From: Auanema rhodensis
Lineage: Eukaryota > Animalia > Nematoda
Direction of reading: 5' to 3'
DNA: 64,000 nt
Assembly: GCA_964057225.1 (NCBI GenBank)
Contig: CAXKVF010000099.1
Coordinates: 1-64,000 of the forward strand
Positions within the stretch are counted from its first letter, which is position 1, and every line of letters starts with the position of its first letter. Positions 43,101-57,200 of the stretch are shown here, piece by piece. The position numbers and the translations under genes are program-made. The notes under the pieces were generated by a model. That model searched no databases and was not told the origin of the DNA. It worked only from the letters and a program-made list of their open reading frames with translations.

Positions 43101-46100
43101 TTTGTTTTTAGACTAATATGGACATGGGGAATCTAATTTTGAAAACCGCATCTCTTTATCTTTCACGTGAAGCGAGTTACATACCAAGTGCACATCACGT
43201 GTACATTTAATTAGCATAAATTAAAGTTCACGTAAATTTCAAAGTCATGGTTACCATGCACCAATATCAATAAAAATTTGTTTTTAGACTAATATGGACA
43301 TGGGGAATCTAATTTTGAAAACCGCATCTCTTTATCTTTCACGTGAAGCGAGTTACATACCAAGTGCACATCACGTGTACATTTAATTAGCATAAATTAA
43401 AGTTCACGTAAATTTCAAAGTCATGGTTACCATGAACCTATATCAATAAAAATTTGTTTTTAGACTAATATGGACATGGGGAATCTAATTTTGAAAACCG
43501 CATCTCTTTATCTTTCACGTGAAGCGAGTTACATACCAAGTGCACATCACGTGTACATTTAATTAGCATAAATTAAAGTTCACGTAAATTTCAAAGTCAT
43601 GGTTACCATGAAGCAATATTAATAAAAATTTGTTTTTAGACTAATATGGACATGTGGAATCTAATTTTGAAAACCGCATCTCTTTATCTTTCACGTGAAG
43701 CGAGTTACATACCAAGAGCACATCACGTGTACATTTAATTAGCATAAATTAAAGTTCACGTAAATTTCAAAGTCATGGTTACCATGAACCAATATCAATA
43801 AAAATTTGTTTTTAGACTAATATGGACATGGGGAATCTAATTTTGAAAACCGCATCTCTTTATCTTTGACGTGAAGCGAGTTACATACCAAGTGCACATC
43901 ACGTGTACATTTAATTAGCATAAATTAAAGTTCACGTAAATTTCAAAGTCATGGTTACCATGAAGCAATATCAATAAAAATTTGTTTTTAGACTAATATG
44001 GACATGGGGAATCTAATTTTGAAAACCGCATCTCTTTATCTTTCACGTGAAGCGAGTTACATACCAAGTGCACATCACGTGTACATTTAATTAGCATAAA
44101 TTAAAGTTCACGTAAATTTCAAAGTCATGGTTACCATGAACCAATATCAATAAAAATTTGTTTTTAGACTAATATGGACATGGGGAATCTAATTTTGAAA
44201 ACCGCATCTCTTTATCTTTCACGTGAAGCGAGTTACATACCAAGTGCACATCACGTGTACATTTAATTAGCATAAATTAGTGTTCACGTAAATTTCAAGG
44301 TCATGGTTACCATGAACCAATATCAATAAAAATTTGTTTTTAGACTAATATGGACATGGGGAATCTAATTTTGAAAACCGCATCTCTTTATCTTTCACGT
44401 GAAGCGAGTTACATACCGAGTGCACATCACGTGTACATTTAATTAGCATAAATTAAAGTTCACGTAAATTTCAAAGTCATGGTTACCATGAACCAATATC
44501 AATAAAAATTTGTTTTTAGACTAATATGGACATGGGGAATCTAATTTTGAAAACCGCATCTCTTTATCTTTCACGTGAAGCGAGTTACATACCAAGTGCA
44601 CATCACGTGTACATTTAATTAGCATAAATTAAAGTTCACGTAAATTTCAAAGTCATGGTTACCATGAAGCAATATCAATAAAAATTTGTTTTTAGACTAA
44701 TATGGACATGTGGAATCTAATTTTGAAAACCGCATCTCTTTATCTTTCACGTGAAGCGAGTTACATACCAAGAGCACATCACGTGTACATTTAATTAGCA
44801 TAAATTAAAGTTCACGTAAACTTCAAAGTCATGGTTACCATGAACCAATATCAATAAAAATTTGTTTTTAGACTAATATGGACATGGGGAATCTAATTTT
44901 GAAAACCGCATCTCTTTATCTTTGACGTGAAGCGAGTTACATACCAAGTGCACATCACGTGTACATTTAATTAGCATAAATTAAAGTTCACGTAAATTTC
45001 AAAGTCATGGTTACCATGAAGCAATATCAATAAAAATTTGTTTTTAGACTAATATGGACATGGGGAATCTAATTTTGAAAACCGCATCTCTTTATCTTTG
45101 ACGTGAAGCGAGTTACATACCAAGTGCACATCACGTGTACATTTAATTAGCATAAATTAAAGTTCACGTAAATTTCAAAGTCATGGTTACCATGAACCAA
45201 TATCAATAAAAATTTGTTTTTAGACTAATATGGACATGGGGAATCTAATTTTGAAAACCGCTTCTCTTTATCTTTCACGTGAAGCGAGTTACATACCAAG
45301 TGCACATCACGTGTACATTTAATTAGCATAAATAAGTGTTCACGTAAATTTCAAGGTCATGGTTACCATGAACCAATATCAATAAAAATTTGTTTTTAGA
45401 CTAATATGGACATGGGGAATCTAATTTTGAAAACCGCATCTCTTTATCTTTGACGTGAAGCGAGTTACATACCAAGTGCACATCACGTGTACATTTAATT
45501 AGCATAAATTAGTGTTCACGTAAATTTCAAGGTCATGGTTACCATGAACCAATATCAATAAAAATTTGTTTTTAGACTAATATGGACATGGGGAATCTAA
45601 TTTTGAAAACCGCATTTCTTTATCTTTCACGTGAAGCGAGATACATACCAAGTGCACATCACGTGTACATTTAATTAGCATAAATTAAAGTTCACGTAAA
45701 TTTCAAAGTCATGGTTACCATGCACCAATATCAATAAAAATTTGTTTTTAGACTAATATGGACATGGGGAATCTAATTTTGAAAACCGCATCTCTTTATC
45801 TTTCACGTGAAGCGAGTTACATACCAAGTGCACATCACGTGTACATTTAATTTGCATAAATTAAAGTTCACGTAAATTTTAAAGTCATGGTTACCATGCA
45901 CCAATATCAATAAAAATTTGTTTTTAGACTAATATGGACATGGGGAATCTAATTTTGAAAACCGCATCTCTTTATCTTTCACGTGAAGCGAGTTACATAC
46001 CAAGTGCACATCACGTGTACATTTAATTAGCATAAATTAAAGTTCACGTAAATTTCAAAGTCATGGTTACCATGAACCAATATCAATAAAAATTTGTTTT

Positions 46101-49100
46101 TAGACTAATATGGACATGGGGAATCTAATTTTGAAAACCGCATCTCTTTATCTTTCACGTGAAGCGAGTTACATACCAAGTGCACATCACGTGTACATTT
46201 AATTAGCATAAATTAAAGTTCACGTAAATTTCAAAGTCATGGTTACCATGCACCAATATCAATAAAAATTTGTTTTTAGACTAATATGGACATGGGGAAT
46301 CTAATTTTGAAAACCGCATCTCTTTATCTTTCACGTGAAGCGAGTTACATACCGAGTGCACATCACGTGTACATTTAATTAGCATAAATTAGTGTTCACG
46401 TAAATTTCAAAGTCATGGTTACCATGAACCAATATCAATAAAAATTTGTTTTTAGACTAATATGGACATGGGGAATCTAATTTTGAAAACCGCATCTCTT
46501 TATCTTTCACGTGAAGCGAGTTACATACCAAGTGCACATCACGTGTACATTTAATTAGCATAAATTAAAGTTCACGTAAATTTCAAAGTCATGGTTACCA
46601 TGAAGCAATATCAATAAAAATTTGTTTTTAGACTAATATGGACATGGGGAATCTAATTTTGAAAACCGCATTTCTTTATTTTTCACGTGAAGCGAGTTAC
46701 ATACCAAGTGCACATCACGTGTACATTTAATTAGCATAAATTAAAGTTCACGTAAATTTCAAAGTCATGGTTACCATGCACCAATATCAATAAAAATTTG
46801 TTTTTAGACTAATATGGACATGGGGAATCTAATTTTGAAAACCGCATCTCTTTATCTTTCACGTGAAGCGAGTTACATACCAAGTGCACATCACGTGTAC
46901 ATTTAATTAGCATAAATTAAAGTTCACGTAAATTTCAAAGTCATGGTTACCATGAACCAATATCAATAAAAATTTGTTTTTAGACTAATATGGACATGGG
47001 GAATCTAATTTTGAAAACCGCATCTCTTTATCTTTCACGTGAAGCGAGTTACATACCAAGTGCACATCACGTGTACATTTAATTAGCATAAATTAAAGTT
47101 CACGTAAATTTCAAAGTCATGGTTACCATGAACCAATATCACTAAAAATTTGTTTTTAGACTAATATGGACATGGGGAATCTAATTTTGAAAACCGCATC
47201 TCTTTATCTTTCACGTGAAGCGAGTTACATACCAAGTGCACATCACGTGTACATTTAATTAGCATAAATTAAAGTTCACGTAAATTTCAAAGTCATGGTT
47301 ACCATGCACCAATATCAATAAAAATTTGTTTTTAGACTAATATGGACATGGGGAATCTAATTTTGAAAACCGCATCTCTTTATCTTTCACGTGAAGCGAG
47401 TTACATACCAAGTGCACATCACGTGTACATTTAATTAGCATAAATTAAAGTTCACGTAAATTTCAAAGTCATGGTTACCATGAACCAATATCAATAAAAA
47501 TTTGTTTTTAGACTAATATGGACATGGGGAATCTAATTTTGAAAACCGCATCTCTTTATCTTTCACGTGAAGCGAGTTACATACCAAGTGCACATCACGT
47601 GTACATTTAATTAGCATAAATTAAAGTTCACGTAAATTTCAAAGTCATGGTTACCATGAACCAATATCAATAAAAATTTGTTTTTAGACTAATATGGACA
47701 TGGGGAATCTAATTTTGAAAACCGCATCTCTTTATCTTTCACGTGAAGCGAGTTACATACCAAGTGCACATCACGTGTACATTTAATTAGCATAAATTAA
47801 AGTTCACGTAAATTTCAAAGTCATGGTTACCATGAAGCAATATCAATAAAAATTTGTTTTCAGACTAATATGGACATGGGGAATCTAATTTTGAAAACCG
47901 CATCTCTTTATCTTTCACGTGAAGCGAGTTACATACCAAGTGCACATCACGTGTACATTTAATTAGCATGAATTAAAGTTCACGTAAATTTCAAAGTCAT
48001 GGTTACCATGCACCAATATCAATAAAAATTTGTTTTTAGACTAATATGGACATGGGGAATCTAATTTTGAAAACCGCATCTCTTTATCTTTCACGTGAAG
48101 CGAGTTACATACCAAGTGCACATCACGTGTACATTTAATTAGCATAAATTAAAGTTCACGTAAATTTCAAAGTCATGGTTACCATGAACCAATATCAATA
48201 AAAATTTGTTTTTAGACTAATATGGACATGGGGAATCTAATTTTGAAAACCGCATCTCTTTATCTTTCACGTGAAGCGAGTTACATACCAAGTGCACATC
48301 ACGTGTACATTTAATTAGCATAAATTAAAGTTCACGTAAATTTCAAAGTCATGGTTACCATGAAGCAATATCAATAAAAATTTGTTTTTAGACTAATATG
48401 GACATGGGGAATCTAATTTTGAAAACCGCATCTCTTTATCTTTCACGTGAAGCGAGTTACATACCAAGTGCACATCACGTGTACATTTAATTAGCATAAA
48501 TTAAAGTTCACGTAAATTTCAAAGTCATGGTTACCATGAACCAATATCAATAAAAATTTGTTTTTAGACTAATATGGACATGGGGAATCTAATTTTGAAA
48601 ACCGCATTTCTTTATCTTTCACGTGAAGCGAGTTACATACCAAGTGCACATCACGTGTACATTTAATTAGCATAAATTAAAGTTCACGTAAATTTCAAAG
48701 TCATGGTTACCATGCACCAATATCAATAAAAATTTGTTTTTAGACTAATATGGACATGGGGAATCTAATTTTGAAAACCGCATTTCTTTATCTTTCACGT
48801 GAAGCGAGTTACATACCAAGTGCACATCACGTGTACATTTAATTAGCATAAATTAAAGTTCACGTAAATTTCAAAGTCATGGTTACCATGCACCAATATC
48901 AATAAAAATTTGTTTTTAGACTAATATGGACATGGGGAATCTAATTTTGAAAACCGCATCTCTTTATCTTTCACGTGAAGCGAGTTACATACCAAGTGCA
49001 CATCACGTGTACATTTAATTAGCATAAATTAAAGTTCACGTAAATTTCAAAGTCATGGTTACCATGAAGCAATATCAATAAAAATTTGTTTTTAGACTAA

Positions 49101-51391
49101 TATGGACATGGGGAATCTAATTTTGAAAACCGCATCTCTTTATCTTTCACGTGAAGCGAGTTACATACCAAGTGCACATCACGTGTACATTTAATTAGCA
49201 TAAATTAAAGTTCACGTAAATTTCAAAGTCATGGTTACCATGAACCAATATCAATAAAAATTTGTTTTTAGACTAATATGGACATGGGGAATCTAATTTT
49301 GAAAACCGCATCTCTTTATCTTTCACGTGAAGCGAGTTACATACCAAGTGCACATCACGTGTACATTTAATTAGCATAAATTAAAGTTCACGTAAATTTC
49401 AAAGTCATGGTTACCATGCACCAATATCAATAAAAATTTGTTTTTAGACTAATATGGACATGGGGAATCTAATTTTGAAAACCGCATCTCTTTATCTTTC
49501 ACGTGAAGCGAGTTACATACCAAGTGCACATCACGTGTACATTTAATTAGCATAAATTAAAGTTCACGTAAATTTCAAAGTCATGGTTACCATGAAGCAA
49601 TATCAATAAAAATTTGTTTTTAGACTAATATGGACATGGGGAATCTAATTTTGAAAACCGCATCTCTTTATCTTTCACGTGAAGCGAGTTACATACCAAG
49701 TGCACATCACGTGTACATTTAATTAGCATAAATTAAAGTTCACGTAAATTTCAAAGTCATGGTTACCATGCACCAATATCAATAAAAATTTGTTTTTAGA
49801 CTAATATGGACATGGGGAATCTAATTTTGAAAACCGCATCTCTTTATCTTTCACGTGAAGCGAGTTACATACCAAGTGCACATCACGTGTACATTTAATT
49901 AGCATAAATTAAAGTTCACGTAAATTTCAAAGTCATGGTTACCATGAACCAATATCAATACAAATTTGTTTTTAGACTAATATGGACATGGGGAATCTAA
50001 TTTTGAAAACCGCATCTCTTTATCTTTCACGTGAGGCGAGTTACATACCAAGTGCACATCACGTGTACATTTAATTAGCATAAATTAAAGTTCACGTAAA
50101 TTTTAAAGTCATGGTTACCATGCACCAATATCAATAAAAATTTGTTTTTAGACTAATATGGACATGGGGAATCTAATTTTGAAAACCGCATCTCTTTATC
50201 TTTCACGTGAAGCGAGTTACATACCGAGTGCACATCACGTGTACATTTAATTAGCATAAATTAGTGTTCACGTAAATTTCAAGGTCATGGTTACCATGAA
50301 CCAATATCAATAAAAATTTGTTTTTAGACTAATATGGACATGGGGAATCTAATTTTGAAAACCGCATCTCTTTATCTTTCACGTGAAGCGAGTTACATAC
50401 CAAGTGCACATCACGTGTACATTTAATTAGCATAAATTAAAGTTCACGTAAATTTCAAAGTCATGGTTACCATGAACCAATATCACTAAAAATTTGTTTT
50501 TAAACTAATATGGACATGGGGAATCTAATTTTGAAAACCGCATCTCTTTATCTTTCACGTGAAGCGAGTTACATACCAAGTGCACATCACGTGTACATTT
50601 AATTAGCATAAATTAAAGTTCACGTAAACTTCAAAGTCATGGTTACCATGAAGCAATATCAATAAAAATTTGTTTTTAGACTAATATGGACATGGGGAAT
50701 CTAATTTTGAAAACCGCATCTCTTTATCTTTCACGTGAAGCGAGTTACATACCAAGTGCACATCACGTGTACATTTAATTAGCATAAATTAAAGTTCACG
50801 TAAATTTCAAAGTCATGGTTACCATGAACCAATATCAATAAAAATTTGTTTTTAGACTAATATGGACATGGGGAATCTAATTTTGAAAACCGCATCTCTT
50901 TATCTTTCACGTGAAGCGAGTTACATACCAAGTGCACATCACGTGTACATTTAATTAGCATAAATTAAAGTTCACGTAAATTTCAAAGTCATGGTTACCA
51001 TGAACCAATATCAATAAAAAATTGTTTTTAGACTAATATGGACATGGGGAATCTAATTTTGAAAACCGCATCTCTTTATCTTTCACGTGAAGCGAGTTAC
51101 ATACCAAGTGCACATCACGTGTACATTTAATTAGCATAAATTAAAGTTCACGTAAATTTCAAAGTCATGGTTACCATGAAGCAATATCAATAAAAATTTG
51201 TTTTTAGACTAATATGGACATGGGGAATCTAATTTTGAAAACCGCATCTCTTTATCTTTCACGTGAAGCGAGTTACATACCGAGTGCACATCACGTGTAC
51301 ATTTAATTAGCATAAATTAAAGTTCACGTAAATTTCAAAGTCATGGTTACCATGCACCAATATCAATAAAAATTTGTTTTTAGACTAATAT

Positions 51392-54207
51392 GGACATGGG
51401 GAATCTAATTTTGAAAACCGCATCTCTTTATCTTTCACGTGAAGCGAGTTACATACCGAGTGCACATCACGTGTACATTTAATTAGCATAAATTAGTGTT
51501 CACGTAAATTTCAAAGTCATGGTTACCATGAACCAATATCAATAAAAATTTGTTTTTAGACTAATATGGACATGGGGAATCTAATTTTGAAAACCGCATC
51601 TCTTTATCTTTCACGTGAAGCGAGTTACATACCAAGTGCACATCACGTGTACATTTAATTAGCATAAATTAAAGTTCACGTAAATTTTAAAGTCATGGTT
51701 ACCATGCACCAATATCAATAAAAATTTGTTTTTAGACTAATATGGACATGGGGAATCTAATTTTGAAAACCGCATCTCTTTATCTTTCACGTGAAGCGAG
51801 TTACATACCGAGTGCACATCACGTGTACATTTAATTAGCATAAATTAGTGTTCACGTAAATTTCAAGGTCATGGTTACCATGAACCAATATCAATAAAAA
51901 TTTGTTTTTAGACTAATATGGACATGGGGAATCTAATTTTGAAAACCGCATCTCTTTATCTTTCACGTGAAGCGAGTTACATACCAAGTGCACATCACGT
52001 GTACATTTAATTAGCATAAATTAAAGTTCACGTAAATTTCAAAGTCATGGTTACCATGAACCAATATCAATAAAAATTTGTTTTTAGACTAATATGGACA
52101 TGGGGAATCTAATTTTGAAAACCGCATCTCTTTATCTTTCACGTGAAGCGGGTTACATACCAAGTGCACATCACGTGTACATTTAATTAGCATAAATTAA
52201 AGTTCACGTAAACTTCAAAGTCATGGTTACCATGCACCAATATCAATAAAAATTTGTTTTTAGACTAATATGGACATGGGGAATCTAATTTTGAAAACCG
52301 CATCTCTTTATCTTTCACGTGAAGCGAGTTACATACCAAGTGCACATCACGTGTACATTTAATTAGCATAAATTAAAGTTCACGTAAATTTCAAAGTCAT
52401 GGTTACCATGAACCAATATCAATAAAAATTTGTTTTTAGACTAATATGGACATGGGGAATCTAATTTTGAAAACCGCATCTCTTTATCTTTCACGTGAAG
52501 CGAGTTACATACCAAGTGCACATCACGTGTACATTTAATTAGCATAAATTAAAGTTCACGTAAATTTCAAAGTCATGGTTACCATGCACCAATATCAATA
52601 AAAATTTGTTTTTAGACTAATATGGACATGGGGAATCTAATTTTGAAAACCGCATCTCTTTATCTTTCACGTGAAGCGAGTTACATACCGAGTGCACATC
52701 ACGTGTACATTTAATTAGCATAAATTAGTGTTCACGTAAATTTCAAAGTCATGGTTACCATGAACCAATATCAATAAAAATTTGTTTTTAGACTAATATG
52801 GACATGGGGAATCTAATTTTGAAAACCGCATCTCTTTATCTTTCACGTGAAGCGAGTTACATACCGAGTGCACATCACGTGTACATTTAATTAGCATAAA
52901 TTAGTGTTCACGTAAATTTCAAAGTCATGGTTACCATGAACCAATATCAATAAAAATTTGTTTTTAGACTAATATGGACATGGGGAATCTAATTTTGAAA
53001 ACCGCATCTCTTTATCTTTCACGTGAAGCGAGTTACATACCAAGTGCACATCACGTGTACATTTAATTAGCATAAATTAAAGTTCACGTAAATTTTAAAG
53101 TCATGGTTACCATGCACCAATATCAATAAAAATTTGTTTTTAGACTAATATGGACATGGGGAATCTAATTTTGAAAACCGCATCTCTTTATCTTTCACGT
53201 GAAGCGAGTTACATACCGAGTGCACATCACGTGTACATTTAATTAGCATAAATTAGTGTTCACGTAAATTTCAAGGTCATGGTTACCATGAACCAATATC
53301 AATAAAAATTTGTTTTTAGACTAATATGGACATGGGGAATCTAATTTTGAAAACCGCATCTCTTTATCTTTCACGTGAAGCGAGTTACATACCAAGTGCA
53401 CATCACGTGTACATTTAATTAGCATAAATTAAAGTTCACGTAAATTTCAAAGTCATGGTTACCATGAACCAATATCAATAAAAATTTGTTTTTAGACTAA
53501 TATGGACATGGGGAATCTAATTTTGAAAACCGCATCTCTTTATCTTTCACGTGAAGCGGGTTACATACCAAGTGCACATCACGTGTACATTTAATTAGCA
53601 TAAATTAAAGTTCACGTAAACTTCAAAGTCATGGTTACCATGCACCAATATCAATAAAAATTTGTTTTTAGACTAATATGGACATGGGGAATCTAATTTT
53701 GAAAACCGCATCTCTTTATCTTTCACGTGAAGCGAGTTACATACCAAGTGCACATCACGTGTACATTTAATTAGCATAAATTAAAGTTCACGTAAATTTC
53801 AAAGTCATGGTTACCATGAACCAATATCAATAAAAATTTGTTTTTAGACTAATATGGACATGGGGAATCTAATTTTGAAAACCGCATCTCTTTATCTTTC
53901 ACGTGAAGCGAGTTACATACCAAGTGCACATCACGTGTACATTTAATTAGCATAAATTAAAGTTCACGTAAATTTCAAAGTCATGGTTACCATGCACCAA
54001 TATCAATAAAAATTTGTTTTTAGACTAATATGGACATGGGGAATCTAATTTTGAAAACCGCATCTCTTTATCTTTCACGTGAAGCGAGTTACATACCGAG
54101 TGCACATCACGTGTACATTTAATTAGCATAAATTAGTGTTCACGTAAATTTCAAAGTCATGGTTACCATGAACCAATATCAATAAAAATTTGTTTTTAGA
54201 CTAATAT
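51392..54207 (+). repeat. Tandem duplication of an 8-monomer (1408-bp) higher-order unit
   Basis: A67G+AA105GT | C121T+A140C | A67G+AA105GT+A124G | consensus | A56G+T118C+A140C | consensus | A140C | A67G+AA105GT at 51392-52799 and 52800-54207. Confidence 0.9.
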
Positions 54208-57200
54208 GGACATGGGGAATCTAATTTTGAAAACCGCATCTCTTTATCTTTCACGTGAAGCGAGTTACATACCAAGTGCACATCACGTGTACATTTAATT
54301 AGCATAAATTAAAGTTCACGTAAATTTCAAAGTCATGGTTACCATGAAGCAATATCAATAAAAATTTGTTTTTAGACTAATATGGACATGGGGAATCTAA
54401 TTTTGAAAACCGCATTTCTTTATTTTTCACGTGAAGCGAGTTACATACCAAGTGCACATCACGTGTACATTTAATTAGCATAAATTAAAGTTCACGTAAA
54501 CTTCAAAGTCATGGTTACCATGCACCAATATCAATAAAAATTTGTTTTTAGACTAATATGGACATGGGGAATCTAATTTTGAAAACCGCATCTCTTTATC
54601 TTTCACGTGAAGCGAGTTACATACCAAGTGCACATCACGTGTACATTTAATTAGCATAAATTAAAGTTCACGTAAATTTCAAAGTCATGGTTACCATGAA
54701 CCAATATCAATAAAAATTTGTTTTTAGACTAATATGGACATGGGGAATCTAATTTTGAAAACCGCATCTCTTTATCTTTCACGTGAAGCGAGTTACATAC
54801 CAAGTGCACATCACGTGTACATTTAATTAGCATAAATTAAAGTTCACGTAAATTTCAAAGTCATGGTTACCATGCACCAATATCAATAAAAATTTGTTTT
54901 TAGACTAATATGGACATGGGGAATCTAATTTTGAAAACCGCATCTCTTTATCTTTCACGTGAAGCGAGTTACATACCGAGTGCACATCACGTGTACATTT
55001 AATTAGCATAAATTAGTGTTCACGTAAATTTCAAAGTCATGGTTACCATGAACCAATATCAATAAAAATTTGTTTTTAGACTAATATGGACATGGGGAAT
55101 CTAATTTTGAAAACCGCATCTCTTTATCTTTCACGTGAAGCGAGTTACATACCAAGTGCACATCACGTGTACATTTAATTAGCATAAATTAAAGTTCACG
55201 TAAATTTCAAAGTCATGGTTACCATGAAGCAATATCAATAAAAATTTGTTTTTAGACTAATATGGACATGGGGAATCTAATTTTGAAAACCGCATTTCTT
55301 TATTTTTCACGTGAAGCGAGTTACATACCAAGTGCACATCACGTGTACATTTAATTAGCATAAATTAAAGTTCACGTAAATTTCAAAGTCATGGTTACCA
55401 TGCACCAATATCAATAAAAATTTGTTTTTAGACTAATATGGACATGGGGAATCTAATTTTGAAAACCGCATCTCTTTATCTTTCACGTGAAGCGAGTTAC
55501 ATACCAAGTGCACATCACGTGTACATTTAATTAGCATAAATTAAAGTTCACGTAAATTTCAAAGTCATGGTTACCATGAACCAATATCAATAAAAATTTG
55601 TTTTTAGACTAATATGGACATGGGGAATCTAATTTTGAAAACCGCATCTCTTTATCTTTCACGTGAAGCGAGTTACATACCAAGTGCACATCACGTGTAC
55701 ATTTAATTAGCATAAATTAAAGTTCACGTAAATTTTAAAGTCATGGTTACCATGCACCAATATCAATAAAAATTTGTTTTTAGACTAATATGGACATGGG
55801 GAATCTAATTTTGAAAACCGCATCTCTTTATCTTTCACGTGAAGCGAGTTACATACCGAGTGCACATCACGTGTACATTTAATTAGCATAAATTAGTGTT
55901 CACGTAAATTTCAAGGTCATGGTTACCATGAACCAATATCAATAAAAATTTGTTTTTAGACTAATATGGACATGGGGAATCTAATTTTGAAAACCGCATC
56001 TCTTTATCTTTCACGTGAAGCGAGTTACATACCAAGTGCACATCACGTGTACATTTAATTAGCATAAATTAAAGTTCACGTAAATTTCAAAGTCATGGTT
56101 ACCATGAACCAATATCAATAAAAATTTGTTTTTAGACTAATATGGACATGGGGAATCTAATTTTGAAAACCGCATCTCTTTATCTTTCACGTGAAGCGGG
56201 TTACATACCAAGTGCACATCACGTGTACATTTAATTAGCATAAATTAAAGTTCACGTAAACTTCAAAGTCATGGTTACCATGCACCAATATCAATAAAAA
56301 TTTGTTTTTAGACTAATATGGACATGGGGAATCTAATTTTGAAAACCGCATCTCTTTATCTTTCACGTGAAGCGAGTTACATACCAAGTGCACATCACGT
56401 GTACATTTAATTAGCATAAATTAAAGTTCACGTAAATTTCAAAGTCATGGTTACCATGAACCAATATCAATAAAAATTTGTTTTTAGACTAATATGGACA
56501 TGGGGAATCTAATTTTGAAAACCGCATCTCTTTATCTTTCACGTGAAGCGAGTTACATACCAAGTGCACATCACGTGTACATTTAATTAGCATAAATTAA
56601 AGTTCACGTAAATTTCAAAGTCATGGTTACCATGCACCAATATCAATAAAAATTTGTTTTTAGACTAATATGGACATGGGGAATCTAATTTTGAAAACCG
56701 CATCTCTTTATCTTTCACGTGAAGCGAGTTACATACCGAGTGCACATCACGTGTACATTTAATTAGCATAAATTAGTGTTCACGTAAATTTCAAAGTCAT
56801 GGTTACCATGAACCAATATCAATAAAAATTTGTTTTTAGACTAATATGGACATGGGGAATCTAATTTTGAAAACCGCATCTCTTTATCTTTCACGTGAAG
56901 CGAGTTACATACCAAGTGCACATCACGTGTACATTTAATTAGCATAAATTAAAGTTCACGTAAATTTCAAAGTCATGGTTACCATGAAGCAATATCAATA
57001 AAAATTTGTTTTTAGACTAATATGGACATGGGGAATCTAATTTTGAAAACCGCATTTCTTTATTTTTCACGTGAAGCGAGTTACATACCAAGTGCACATC
57101 ACGTGTACATTTAATTAGCATAAATTAAAGTTCACGTAAATTTCAAAGTCATGGTTACCATGCACCAATATCAATAAAAATTTGTTTTTAGACTAATATG

